Below are positions 45,051-54,757 of a DNA stretch of 64,000 nt, one piece after another; within the stretch, counting starts at the first letter, position 1; each line of letters starts with the position of its first letter. The notes under the pieces were generated by a model. The model worked only from the letters and a program-made list of their open reading frames with translations, had not been told where the DNA came from and made no database searches. The stretch comes from an uncultured virus (IMG/VR IMGVR_UViG_3300009128_000012) (Duplodnaviria; Heunggongvirae; Uroviricota; Caudoviricetes): the IMG/VR virus record IMGVR_UViG_3300009128_000012, one strand, 5' to 3'. The translations under genes were made by a program, and so were the position numbers.

Positions 45051-45703
45051 TGGCCACATCCCAGGCAAGCATGGTGAACGCCTTCACGGCCGCGCTGAAA
45101 CAGAAGCTGGCTGAGGTGGTCTACCCGTGGCAGCTGCACCGCGTTGAGGCTTTCCGCATGTGGGACGCGCGTGCGACACGCGTCACCATCGAGATACTGG
45201 ACCCCAACGTGACCCGCGGGACTGTCACCCCATACCGTATAGAGCACAGCATCGACGACATCATGTTTGAGCAGGCGTCGGATTTGAAGATGGTGGCTGA
45301 GGACATCTGCGCCCGGACACGTGATGAGCTTGCACGCATGCCCAAGCCGGAGATCACAACTCCGGTGCCAGTGCCTCAAGGCCCTCCACGCCCATTCCGC
45401 GCACCGGGGCGCGCTAGGGCTATACCGCCTGGAGCAGAAAAAGACATGACGTGGGACATGGTCACAAGCGCGCCGCTGGCGGTAGCGCCGCCGATATCCC
45501 AGGCGCAGTGGCCAAGCCTCGCGGCGACTGCGGACCGGCGTGAACTCAAGCGAGCCGCTGAGCTTGTCGGGATGCCTGAGCCTGAAAAGCCAGCCGACGC
45601 CAGCTTTCAAATTGATCTTGAGCCAGAAGCAGAAGGCGAGCAACAAGCCGCGACTGACGCAGACCTCTTCGACCACTTGGAGGTAGGAGATGAAAACACC
45701 TGA
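45050..45703 (+). CDS. Hypothetical protein
   Basis: TGATG overlap; Pro-rich C-terminal half. Confidence 0.55.
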   Translation: MATSQASMVNAFTAALKQKLAEVVYPWQLHRVEAFRMWDARATRVTIEILDPNVTRGTVTPYRIEHSIDDIMFEQASDLKMVAEDICARTRDELARMPKPEITTPVPVPQGPPRPFRAPGRARAIPPGAEKDMTWDMVTSAPLAVAPPISQAQWPSLAATADRRELKRAAELVGMPEPEKPADASFQIDLEPEAEGEQQAATDADLFDHLEVGDENT

Positions 45704-46259
45704 AGACCAGATCTTGTTCAACGCCCTGCAGGGCGCATTCTCCTCGACTGAGGAGGCCATCGAGTTCTACCGAGGCTTGGCGGCTTTCGTGCAAAACTCA
45801 GGGCAGGACGTCACGCCCGAGGAGCTGGAACAGTTCTACCAGGACTACCTGGAGCTGCGGCAGGCCGTCTACGATGCGTTCATCGCAGACATCGCGGCTG
45901 CCGACAACCTGTACCAGCAGGTGGTGTTGGCCGTCCGTGGATCGGTCACGGTGCCACAGCCGCCGCAAGCCTCAACAGGCGCGACCGTCAACACCGTCGC
46001 GCCGGCGCAGGTTGCCTACGGGGCCGGCGACAACGACCAGCCCTGGATGGTCGCCCGCGACAACGCGCAGGAGATTCTAAGCAAGCTACCTGATCTGCCG
46101 TCGAAGGCTGGGGACTTCGCCGCCAGTGTGGAGAACAAGCTCCAGGGCATGATTGACTGGATGGAGAAGACCTGCCGAGTCACCGAGAAGATGGAAGGCG
46201 CCATCGACCGCATGGGGAACGGGGTTGATGCTTGGCTAGATAACGATCGCAGATACTAG
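45690..46259 (+). CDS. Hypothetical helical protein
   Basis: GGAGG SD; 189 aa. Confidence 0.6.
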   Translation: MKTPEDQILFNALQGAFSSTEEAIEFYRGLAAFVQNSGQDVTPEELEQFYQDYLELRQAVYDAFIADIAAADNLYQQVVLAVRGSVTVPQPPQASTGATVNTVAPAQVAYGAGDNDQPWMVARDNAQEILSKLPDLPSKAGDFAASVENKLQGMIDWMEKTCRVTEKMEGAIDRMGNGVDAWLDNDRRY

Positions 46260-46270
46260 AAGGAGAAAAC

Positions 46271-46978
46271 GTGCAAAAGAAAGGCAAGGTGGTGATCGTC
46301 ACGGGCCCCATCGGCAGCGGCAAGAGCACGCTGTCAGAGGAGCTGGCTCGCGGCCTCGGCCCCGATACGCTGTGGCTCCCTGAGGCAGATGAGAAGGGGC
46401 AGCGCAACCCGTACCTGGAGGACTACTACGACAGCGCCGAGCGGTGGGCGCTGACGATGCAGGTGCACCTGCTGGGAGTTCGCTACCGGCAACATCTGCA
46501 AGCCCAGTGGTTCACCATGAACACGGGTCACGACGCGGTGCTGGACTCCTGCTACTGGCAGGATACCGCCTTCGCCCGGCTGCAGCTGAAGCTGGGGCTG
46601 ATGGAGCAGCGCGAGTTCGAGACCTACGCGGCGCTCTACGAGGCGATGACGGCGAGTGTGCTGCTGCCCTCGGCGGTGGTTCGCATCCTGGTCACGCCCG
46701 AGACCTGCTTCAGGCGGATCACGGCCCGTATGGAGAAGCAGACGGGGCGCAAGTGCGAGGCGGCCATCGACCTCGGATACGTCCGGCAGCTGGACTGCGA
46801 GATCGACGGCATGAGCAAGATCTTGCGGGACATGGGCTGCCCGATCTTCGACGTCCCGTGGGACGCCGAGAGGGACTCGGAGCAGGCGCGGCAGCAGACA
46901 ATCGAGAGCTTGGCGGGGCGCATTCAGAGCTTGACCGTGCCGGACCCGTTCTTGGACGCGCACCGTCGGAGATTGTAG
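46271..46978 (+). CDS. Deoxynucleoside kinase
   Basis: GPIGSGKST, NPYL..YY...RW...MQ...L..R..Q, D....D..FA. Confidence 0.9.
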   Translation: MQKKGKVVIVTGPIGSGKSTLSEELARGLGPDTLWLPEADEKGQRNPYLEDYYDSAERWALTMQVHLLGVRYRQHLQAQWFTMNTGHDAVLDSCYWQDTAFARLQLKLGLMEQREFETYAALYEAMTASVLLPSAVVRILVTPETCFRRITARMEKQTGRKCEAAIDLGYVRQLDCEIDGMSKILRDMGCPIFDVPWDAERDSEQARQQTIESLAGRIQSLTVPDPFLDAHRRRL

Positions 46979-46996
46979 GGTAAATCAGGTGGATCT

Positions 46997-47673
46997 GTGG
47001 CACGGGACATGGCATCTTCAATGAGCAACACAGCAGGAAAGAAAGACTTGAGCGCACGTGTCCCTGAGAAGCTCGTCCCCCCACCAAAAAAACTGCAAGG
47101 GCTGTTCAAAACATTGTGCGGTCACGCTTACAGAATCACGAAGCGCGACCGCAGACTGCTGGCCGCGTGGGAAGATCATGTCCGGCCCGCGATCTTGGCT
47201 AGCAGCCCCAAACCCACAGCCCGGCCGCACCGGTGGTCACTCCCCGAAGAGCGCGACGGAATGGTGCATCGCTTCCGCATCCCCGGCGCTGCGGGGCAGG
47301 AGAAGATCAAGTGCCCGCACTGCGGTAAGGTGGCCCGAGAGGGGCACACCCGTGACCTGAAGGGCTATCTCAAGATGGGCTTCTACCCTGACGGCACGCT
47401 GGGAGAGCTGTTCCTCACCATGGACAGAGCCGGTTCTCAGCTTCGCGGGTTCACCGACGGGCTGATGTTCGCCTTGTCCGTGGGGTTGCAGTACGGCATC
47501 CCCCTGAAGCAGTATGTAGAGCACTTCCGGAACACCAAGTTCCCCCCACATGGCTTTGTAGCCTCGGAGGATGCGCAGCTGCAGGGTTTCGCCAGCTCAA
47601 TTCTCGACTACGTGGCCAAGTACTTGGCTGCACGCTTCCCTGTGGGGCAGCGGCAGTCCGAAGGAGACAGCGC

Positions 47674-47677
<4 letters not shown>
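46997..47677 (+). CDS. Stand-alone TSCPD (class II ribonucleotide reductase C-terminal-like) domain protein
   Basis: GY...G.Y.DG..GE.F......GS...G.......S.GLQYG.PL.......F....F.P.G...SILDY..K.L. Confidence 0.8.
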
Positions 47678-48285
<608 letters not shown>

Positions 48286-48615
48286 ATGGCTGGCCGAAGA
48301 AAGAAGCGCAAGAAGAAGGCGCCGCGCGAGCAGAAGGACCCAAAGCTCGGCAAGAGGAAAAGGGGTGGGCAGCCAGACTCCGTCCCCGCGAACACGGTAG
48401 TCGACGTCCTGCCCGATCTCAAGCGCATGCAGGTGCGACTCAACGTCACCCCGCCGTCCAAGCGCATTGCTATGCAGCCAGAGGACGCCCGCACACTCGG
48501 CAAGCTGCTCATCCGGAATGCGGACGTGATCGATGCCAACAAGCGGCTAGAGGAGAAAAACCCCCCTGACGAAAGCCAGGAAGAAACAGCTGAGATCGAA
48601 GAGATCGAAGCTTAG
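48286..48615 (+). CDS. Hypothetical protein with basic N-terminus
   Basis: Starts immediately after the upstream stop codon. Confidence 0.55.
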   Translation: MAGRRKKRKKKAPREQKDPKLGKRKRGGQPDSVPANTVVDVLPDLKRMQVRLNVTPPSKRIAMQPEDARTLGKLLIRNADVIDANKRLEEKNPPDESQEETAEIEEIEA

Positions 48616-48647
48616 AATCCCAAATGATTACCAAGAGGAGGAGAACC

Positions 48648-49169
48648 ATGATCTCGCGAGCCATTCTGCTGTGCACAGTAACCGTCTTTCTCGCCGGCTG
48701 CCCCGTGGGCCCCGCCGGTAAACCCGACTACCTCGCTGGCGCCAAGGAGGTGCTGAGCTACAAACCCATCGCCGACGCCACCGCCGACGCCATCTTCGAC
48801 CGTTGGGCAAGCAGGCAGACCGACGCCACCAAGAAGGCCAAGGGCCAGGCCATCTACGCCGAGGCCAAGGAGCTGTTCGACGAGAAGTGCGCCTCCGCGC
48901 ACAACATCATCGCCCTCATCGCAGCCAAGAAGAAGCCCAAGAGCGAGCTGAGCTCCTACTGCGGCTTCCCGGTGGCCACCGACGCGGACGTGCGGCGCTG
49001 CGTACACGCGCACATCGCAGCCCTGGGCGCCGCCTTGCTGAAGGTGGCCTTGACCATCGATGACCTGGTGCAAGCCGCTCGGGCGCCTGCCTCGGCGCCA
49101 GCAGGTGGTAGCGGGGGCGGCGGCAGGGGGTCGACAGTGGAGCAAATCTTCGAGATGCAGACCTGGTGA
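48648..49169 (+). CDS. Lipoprotein
   Basis: GAGGAGGAG SD; MISRAILLCTVTVFLAGC lipobox. Confidence 0.75.
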   Translation: MISRAILLCTVTVFLAGCPVGPAGKPDYLAGAKEVLSYKPIADATADAIFDRWASRQTDATKKAKGQAIYAEAKELFDEKCASAHNIIALIAAKKKPKSELSSYCGFPVATDADVRRCVHAHIAALGAALLKVALTIDDLVQAARAPASAPAGGSGGGGRGSTVEQIFEMQTW

Positions 49170-49558
49170 GGCCACGACCGATTCACGTCGTGCCGCTGAT
49201 AGCTGGCCTGCTCGTTGTCATATCGGCAGGGCTGCTGTACTCGGTGGCTGAGCGGCAGGTCAATGAGCGGCGCGACGCACCGACGCTGGTGGCCGACGCC
49301 AAGCAGAAGCGCTGTATCAAGATCTGCATCGACACACCTGAGGCCTGCATCTACTGTTGGAACAACCTGATCGGCTACGGCTACCGCCAACCCTTGGAGG
49401 TTGTGGTCTGCCAGGACCCGGACGCAGGCGTCTGGCGCACCCCCGGCGACCACTGTGTGGCCCTCTGCAAGACGAGGCCCAAGGCCTGCCGCGACTGCTG
49501 GCTGGCCATCGGCGTGGAGGCCACCGAGAATGGCGAAGTGACCGACGCCCGCCGCTGA
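49166..49558 (+). CDS. Membrane-anchored Cys-repeat protein
   Basis: N-terminal TM helix; CxxxCxxxPxACxxCW occurs twice. Confidence 0.7.
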   Translation: MRPRPIHVVPLIAGLLVVISAGLLYSVAERQVNERRDAPTLVADAKQKRCIKICIDTPEACIYCWNNLIGYGYRQPLEVVVCQDPDAGVWRTPGDHCVALCKTRPKACRDCWLAIGVEATENGEVTDARR

Positions 49559-49660
49559 CTCTCCGATACCCGGAGACCCCGCCACCCCAGATCAAGTACT
49601 TACGCCGGGCGCGCTTCTTGCAGCATTCGCGGGGGCACAACCCCTTGCAAGGAGAGAACC

Positions 49661-50182
49661 ATGAAGAACCTACTGATCGCCACCCTGGGAGTTTTGCTGC
49701 TGGCCTCGCCGGCCTTCGCCCGCGGCAAGCTGATGAAGGACGGCCGCAACGCGCGCCCCGCCGTCCAGAAGTACTACAAGGCCAAGGGCTGGTCCAAGAA
49801 CATCCGGGTGCACAGCGTCCGGAAGTCGATTTCCGGCAAGAGCCTGCAGACCGCGGTCCTGACCAAGGCCAGCGGCAAGGTCCGCCTGTTCAACGTCAAC
49901 CGGCGCACGGGCAAGGTCTCCGCCACCCGCACCGGCCTGCTGTCGCAGAGCAAGGCCAGGCTGAAGGCCCACCGCCAGATGCGGCGCGAGCGCGCCCCGC
50001 TGAAAGGCACCTACTCCGGGGTCTACAAGTCCGGCCTGAGCAACAGCGGCAAGAGCTACAAGTTCAAGTCCAAGACCGACCGGAACCAGGTCGGCTACGT
50101 CGGCATCAAGAAGGGATCCTTCCGCCAGTTCGACGGCACCCTGCGCCGGCCGCAGCACAAGACACCCAAGCTGTTCAAGTAG
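49661..50182 (+). CDS. Secreted, highly basic protein (PepSY-like features)
   Basis: AAGGAG SD; AFA-R signal peptide; about 42 K/R versus 4 D/E in the mature chain. Confidence 0.75.
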   Translation: MKNLLIATLGVLLLASPAFARGKLMKDGRNARPAVQKYYKAKGWSKNIRVHSVRKSISGKSLQTAVLTKASGKVRLFNVNRRTGKVSATRTGLLSQSKARLKAHRQMRRERAPLKGTYSGVYKSGLSNSGKSYKFKSKTDRNQVGYVGIKKGSFRQFDGTLRRPQHKTPKLFK

Positions 50183-50323
50183 CGTGTGCAGCGCCCCCAT
50201 CCTGCAGCATACTCGCCACCCCCATTCCTCGTCGGTAAAGTACCTCAATCACCCGCAGCCGAATCGTAGTACAATCCAGCGCACCCGGCTTGCCGTGTGT
50301 TACAGTATGATGGAGAAAATACT

Positions 50324-50890
50324 ATGATAGCGGAATCGACATTCGTACTGACACTTCTACAGGCAGCCCCTCCGCTGCCGGGTGACAGCGAGACGCCAGC
50401 TTGGGTGGCCGCCATTGGCGTCATCGGCATGATCATCGCCAAGCTTGGCAGCATGGTGTTAGAGCACCGCCGGCAGCGCGAGGAGCGCGAGCACGCCGCC
50501 AAGCAGGCCGAGATCCGAAAGCGGGAGGAGCGCGACAGGCTGCGCCGCGAGAAGGAGGAGCGCCAGGCGTGGGAGGCGGCTGCTATTCGAGTGGCTGTGG
50601 AGGCCACCACGGCCACAATGGAAAGTATGATAGAATCGTCTGGGGAGCCGGAGTGCGCTCAGCGAACGGATGCGGTACTGAAGGAGTTCGCCACGGACTT
50701 CAAGGAGTACCTCAACAAGTTGGCCGTGCGTGACGCGAAGCGAGAGGGTGCAGATCGTTTAGTTTCGGACATACTTGACGGACAGGCTAGACTTGTACGA
50801 TCTTTCGCCGCGGTGGGCCCTGAGATGAAGAACTTGCGCGAGGCCCTTAACAACGTTTTGGGGGAGCTGAAGAGGAAGACTGATGGCTAG
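50324..50890 (+). CDS. Single-TM coiled-coil protein
   Basis: GGAG SD; WVAAIGVIGMIIAKLG TM followed by an E/R-rich helix. Confidence 0.65.
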   Translation: MIAESTFVLTLLQAAPPLPGDSETPAWVAAIGVIGMIIAKLGSMVLEHRRQREEREHAAKQAEIRKREERDRLRREKEERQAWEAAAIRVAVEATTATMESMIESSGEPECAQRTDAVLKEFATDFKEYLNKLAVRDAKREGADRLVSDILDGQARLVRSFAAVGPEMKNLREALNNVLGELKRKTDG

Positions 50891-51323
50891 CGTCCTCGTC
50901 GTCGACGACTCCGCGGCCGACCGCCGCCTGATTCGTGAGAAGCTTGAGATCCTCACCGCCGATGGCCAGTTCTGGGAGGCAGATCGCGCCTCACCCGGAC
51001 TCGTCCTCGCCACACAGCACCAGCCGGACTTCATCATCCTCGACTGGCTGCTGCCCGGGCTGTCGGAAGCCAACGCCTGCCACGCCTTCCGGCAAGTAGC
51101 TGCTGCAGCCGTCATCCTGGTCTACACCAACGGACCCACTGACGAACTCTACAAGGAGGCGCTGGCCGCCGGCGCCTCCGAGGTGTTCAAGAAGGGTGAC
51201 GACAACGGCAAGCTCCAGGCTCGCATCCGTCTCGGTCGGGTGCGCCAAGCACGTGCCCGGTGCTCAACCACCGCAGAGTGGGCCGTCTGCTTCGACCGAC
51301 TTGCCGCCGAAGGCGGGGATTAG
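50883..51323 (+). CDS. Single-domain response regulator (CheY-like receiver)
   Basis: VLVVDDS, PDFIILDWLLPG (phospho-Asp), VYT, A..AGA..VFKK. Confidence 0.88.
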   Translation: MASVLVVDDSAADRRLIREKLEILTADGQFWEADRASPGLVLATQHQPDFIILDWLLPGLSEANACHAFRQVAAAAVILVYTNGPTDELYKEALAAGASEVFKKGDDNGKLQARIRLGRVRQARARCSTTAEWAVCFDRLAAEGGD

Positions 51324-51790
51324 GGCGCCCCCGTCCCTCCGTAGCGCCACTTCTTACCGTCGGTTGACGGCGACCCCCAGAAGTAGGTCCACCAGAAGCG
51401 AGGGATCTCGCCGAACGAGCACACCACCAGCGGCAAGAAGAAGCCGAACACCGGCACCAGCCAGTTGAGCAGCAGCCCCACCACGAAGACACCCAAGCCC
51501 ATCCACATCGGGGCGATGGCCACCGGGTCCCGCTCCAGCCTGGTGGTGCGCCGTGCGTACCGGCAGCGAGCAAAGTAGAACCTCCAGCTGTCATCTGGCC
51601 GCCTGAAAGTCTTCGGCCACAACAGCCACGCCTTGCTGCGCCAGCGATACCAGTGAGGGAAGGGCCACATGCCCTCGGCCTTGTAGCCCATGAAGCGGGC
51701 GACGAGGAGGTGGCTGCCCTCGTGAAGCACCAGCTGCACCAGCCAGAATGTGGGCAGCAGGGTGAGCAGGGTTGCCCAGTACCAGGTCAT
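51320..51790 (-). CDS. Membrane zinc metallopeptidase (M50/zincin-like)
   Basis: VLHEGSHLLVA...G, VAIAP, TM helices, late STD motif. Confidence 0.7.
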   Translation of the reverse strand: MTWYWATLLTLLPTFWLVQLVLHEGSHLLVARFMGYKAEGMWPFPHWYRWRSKAWLLWPKTFRRPDDSWRFYFARCRYARRTTRLERDPVAIAPMWMGLGVFVVGLLLNWLVPVFGFFLPLVVCSFGEIPRFWWTYFWGSPSTDGKKWRYGGTGAP

Positions 51791-51795
51791 CTGCG

Positions 51796-52092
51796 CTAGT
51801 CCTCGGGCTCGGGCTCGGGCTCGGGTACTGGCACCGGCTCCTGCGCCTCCGGCTCCTGCCCATACGGTGGCAGGAAGCAGGCGTCGAAGTCAGCTACGCG
51901 CTGCTTGAACCAGGCGTCTTGCTCGATGGCCTCTTGTGCGATGGCGACCGCCTCCGCCTCGATCTGCTCCTTGCTCATGCCCGCCTCCCCTGCCAGGATG
52001 GCGATGATGCCATCTGCGCTCCGGGCCGACGCCATGGCGGCAAGCTTGCCTTCCACAACGACCTGTAGTTTCTCTCTTAGAGCCTGATCCAT
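51796..52092 (-). CDS. Hypothetical protein
   Basis: AGGAGG SD, MDQALREKL, (EP)n tail. Confidence 0.65.
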   Translation of the reverse strand: MDQALREKLQVVVEGKLAAMASARSADGIIAILAGEAGMSKEQIEAEAVAIAQEAIEQDAWFKQRVADFDACFLPPYGQEPEAQEPVPVPEPEPEPED

Positions 52093-52122
52093 AGTTGTAC
52101 CTCCTGTACCTGATGTTTGCAG

Positions 52123-52152
52123 TTGCGACAGTAGCGACACACATGATACCAT
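52123..52152 (+). promoter_or_regulatory. Possible sigma70-like promoter for the rightward accessory operon
   Basis: TTGCGA-18nt-TACCAT with extended TGn. Confidence 0.45.
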
Positions 52153-52179
52153 GCCTTCGGAGTCACCACCAAGCTGAAC

Positions 52180-52244
52180 AACCAGCCCTCGGTGCCTACC
52201 GGGCTTCTGGCGATTCCTTCGGCGGGCCCGTGGGCTGGTTCTTT
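52180..52244 (+). terminator. Long leader hairpin / attenuator-like structure
   Basis: AACCAGCCC...GGGCTGGTT plus inner CGG/CCG, GCC/GGC and CCG/CGG pairs, followed by CTTT. Confidence 0.55.
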
Positions 52245-52255
52245 GCGGAGAGACG

Positions 52256-52366
52256 ATGCAAGAGAAAACAGAGCGCGAGCTGCAAGACCCGGTGCGCGAG
52301 ACCCGACTGACGGTCAAAGGCTTCCGCGAGGCAATGACCCACGCTCTCAACCGAGGAGGCGACTGA
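52256..52366 (+). CDS. Small protein (36 aa, MQEKTERELQDP...)
   Basis: GGAG SD; TGATG overlap with the next gene; below the ORF-track cutoff. Confidence 0.5.
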   Translation: MQEKTERELQDPVRETRLTVKGFREAMTHALNRGGD

Positions 52367-53172
52367 TGCTGCGCCACGAACTAGACCGACAAGACGACGG
52401 TCGCTTTGCCTGCCGGGCCTGCGGCGCTAGCTTCGACGCAAACGATGCTGCCGGCTTCGGCAGCCAGTGCCCTGGAGTACCGCGCGGCCCCACTGCCGAG
52501 CACACGGCAGCAGCGGGGGCTGAGGTCAAGGCTCAGGCCGCAGCTATCCTCGAGCAGCTCAAGGACGACCCCGCCCTCGGCGACCTGCTGGACGAGCTGT
52601 TCGAGGAGCGCTTCGGTGGCCTCCGCGCCTCGGTCACATCGGTCTCTGAAAGTCTGCGCGAGTTCCGCAAGAGCGAGAGCCTCAAGACCGACGACATGCT
52701 GCAGGTGGTCAAGGCCATGGCCGCGATGCCCTTCGGCGACAAGATCGATGGACTGTTCAGGCATCCACAGATGGAGGCCTTCGCGGGCGAGGCGGTCAAC
52801 ACCCTGGTGCCAGATCACCTGCGGCCGCTGGAACGCCGCGTAGAGTGGCTGGAGGCCGCGCTCAAGAACGTGCTGGACGTTCACGGCGACATCCCGGTGC
52901 CGTTCCGGCCGCGACGCGTGGAGCCGCTACAGGCGACCGGCACCGACGATGCGACACCGCAGCCTGACAGAAGCCCTGTACCGCCCGGCTGGCCCACCAG
53001 AGCCGCTAACCGGGCTGTCGAGGAAATCCTCAACAGCAGCGGTCTCGCAGCCGGCACCCCCCTCGGCGAGGCGTGGAAGGACCTGCTGGACACGCAGAAG
53101 CTGGAGATCACGAACCTGTGGGCTGCCTACATCGAGAAGATAATCCGCAGCTACCTAGAGGAGCTTTACTGA
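52366..53172 (+). CDS. Hypothetical protein with N-terminal Zn-finger-like motif
   Basis: GAGGAGG SD; H...CRAC...C. Confidence 0.6.
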   Translation: MLRHELDRQDDGRFACRACGASFDANDAAGFGSQCPGVPRGPTAEHTAAAGAEVKAQAAAILEQLKDDPALGDLLDELFEERFGGLRASVTSVSESLREFRKSESLKTDDMLQVVKAMAAMPFGDKIDGLFRHPQMEAFAGEAVNTLVPDHLRPLERRVEWLEAALKNVLDVHGDIPVPFRPRRVEPLQATGTDDATPQPDRSPVPPGWPTRAANRAVEEILNSSGLAAGTPLGEAWKDLLDTQKLEITNLWAAYIEKIIRSYLEELY

Positions 53173-53516
53173 TGGAAGACCCAATGCGCGCCGTGCTGAG
53201 CGATCTCGCCAGCCGCAACTGCGACGAGCCGGACGAGTGCGGCACCGCATCCGGAACCTGCCTGCCCTGCCGCGCCCGCCACGCCATCGACACGATGCGC
53301 ACCTTCCAGCCGTTCGAGCTGCAGGCCCGAATCAAGCGGCTCTTCGACGCGCTGGCGGGCTTCGCGGGTGTCAGCAGCCTGGAGGACCTAGAGCAGTTGG
53401 AGCTGGGCGTGCGGGTGCTACCTGCCGCCCAAGAGGACAAGATCAACGCCCTCAACGCCGTCCATGCGCTGCGTGAAGAGATGAAGCTGCAGGAGGCAGC
53501 CGATGAAGGCGATTGA
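53172..53516 (+). CDS. Hypothetical Cys-cluster protein
   Basis: C..C..CLPC; TGATG overlap. Confidence 0.55.
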   Translation: MEDPMRAVLSDLASRNCDEPDECGTASGTCLPCRARHAIDTMRTFQPFELQARIKRLFDALAGFAGVSSLEDLEQLELGVRVLPAAQEDKINALNAVHALREEMKLQEAADEGD

Positions 53517-53988
53517 GATTCTCCGCGCCAGCGAAGGGCGCGCCGAAGAGGTGGAGCGCGCCATCGCCATGCACGACGCCTGTACCCTGTGCGGCGGCAT
53601 GGGTGGCAACGCCTACTACCCCGAGCAGGCTTGCGGTGAATGCGGCTTCTCCTTCGCCGACTCGTACGGTGTGGAGAGCATTCGCCGCCCGGAGGACCCT
53701 AACGTGCTCGATGCCCCCGGACGCAACAAGCTCTGGCAGTACTTCGGGCTGAGCTACGCGACCTGGCTCACGCTGCCACGGGTGCTGATGCACGAGATGC
53801 CCTCCGACTGGCAGGCCAAGATGGCCAAGCTGCTGGAGCAGTTCGAGGCAACCTGGGACACAGCGCACATGCCCAGCCCCTACGTCAGCGCCCGTGACGC
53901 CGGCAACCGGTGGACTCGGTGGCCTGCCTTCCTGCTCAACTACCGGCACCCAGACGCTAGCGAGATCGACAAGCTGAGAAGGGGTTGA
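53503..53988 (+). CDS. Phage hypothetical protein with Zn ribbon
   Basis: CTLC...CGEC; FGLSYA.WL.LPRVLM..MP..WQ motif recalled from other phage hypotheticals. Confidence 0.6.
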   Translation: MKAIEILRASEGRAEEVERAIAMHDACTLCGGMGGNAYYPEQACGECGFSFADSYGVESIRRPEDPNVLDAPGRNKLWQYFGLSYATWLTLPRVLMHEMPSDWQAKMAKLLEQFEATWDTAHMPSPYVSARDAGNRWTRWPAFLLNYRHPDASEIDKLRRG

Positions 53989-53990
53989 CG

Positions 53991-54179
53991 ATGCACATCA
54001 TCCTGGTGGACATGCGTGAGAGCAACGGCCAGATCGTCCCCATCATGGAAGACATGGAGTGCACCGTGGTGGCCCAGTTTGAGACCGATGCGGCCGCCGT
54101 AGCTGCGATGCAAGGCCACCCCCTGGACGCCTTTCCCTGGGCTGTGGTAGATCCCGACGAGGACCTGGAGTGGAGATGA
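53991..54179 (+). CDS. Hypothetical protein
   Basis: Fits the operon. Confidence 0.5.
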   Translation: MHIILVDMRESNGQIVPIMEDMECTVVAQFETDAAAVAAMQGHPLDAFPWAVVDPDEDLEWR

Positions 54180-54757
54180 CCTGGAGCCCCACACGCGCTC
54201 GCAACGTCCGCGGCCACGCCCTGCAGCGGCTGCGAGAGCACTGGCCCGGTGCCAACCACCACGCACTGCTGGTCATGCTCGAGCAGGCGGAGCCCATCTC
54301 CGAGGAGGTGGTCAACGCACTGCTGGTCCGCACGAAGGACCGAGAGCGCTCCGGGAAGCACTACCTGACCACCGACCGGCGTGGCATCTTCGTCACCGAG
54401 GGCGCCTGGGTCACGACCTACCTGCGGCTGGGGCGAGAGCAGCAGAAGCTGCTCCTGCGCAACGAGCTGGAGGGCACGACGGAGAAGCAGGACTACGAAG
54501 AGCAGCACAGGGTGCGTGCGCAGCGGCGGCACATGGTCCGCATGGAGAACGCCAAAGCGCAGGTCCTGGCCGACTTCAGGGCACCTGGGGGCGCCACCGT
54601 ATCCTTCACCAAGACGGCCCGCAAGAACGACGCCCACGAGGTCATCCTCAGGGGTAAACCCTTCCACGAGGGTGGCAGCGTCACCTACACCCACAACGGG
54701 GTGCGGGTGTTCGCCTACCAGGAGAGCAGCTTGAACTACCGAGTGAGGATGGGCTGA
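54176..54757 (+). CDS. Hypothetical protein
   Basis: ATGA overlap; HALQRLRE motif. Confidence 0.55.
   Translation: MTWSPTRARNVRGHALQRLREHWPGANHHALLVMLEQAEPISEEVVNALLVRTKDRERSGKHYLTTDRRGIFVTEGAWVTTYLRLGREQQKLLLRNELEGTTEKQDYEEQHRVRAQRRHMVRMENAKAQVLADFRAPGGATVSFTKTARKNDAHEVILRGKPFHEGGSVTYTHNGVRVFAYQESSLNYRVRMG

Noticed and set aside
49631..49650. GGCAC...TTGCA sigma54-like motif
   Set aside because: GG-to-GC spacing is 11 rather than 10, and it abuts the SD.
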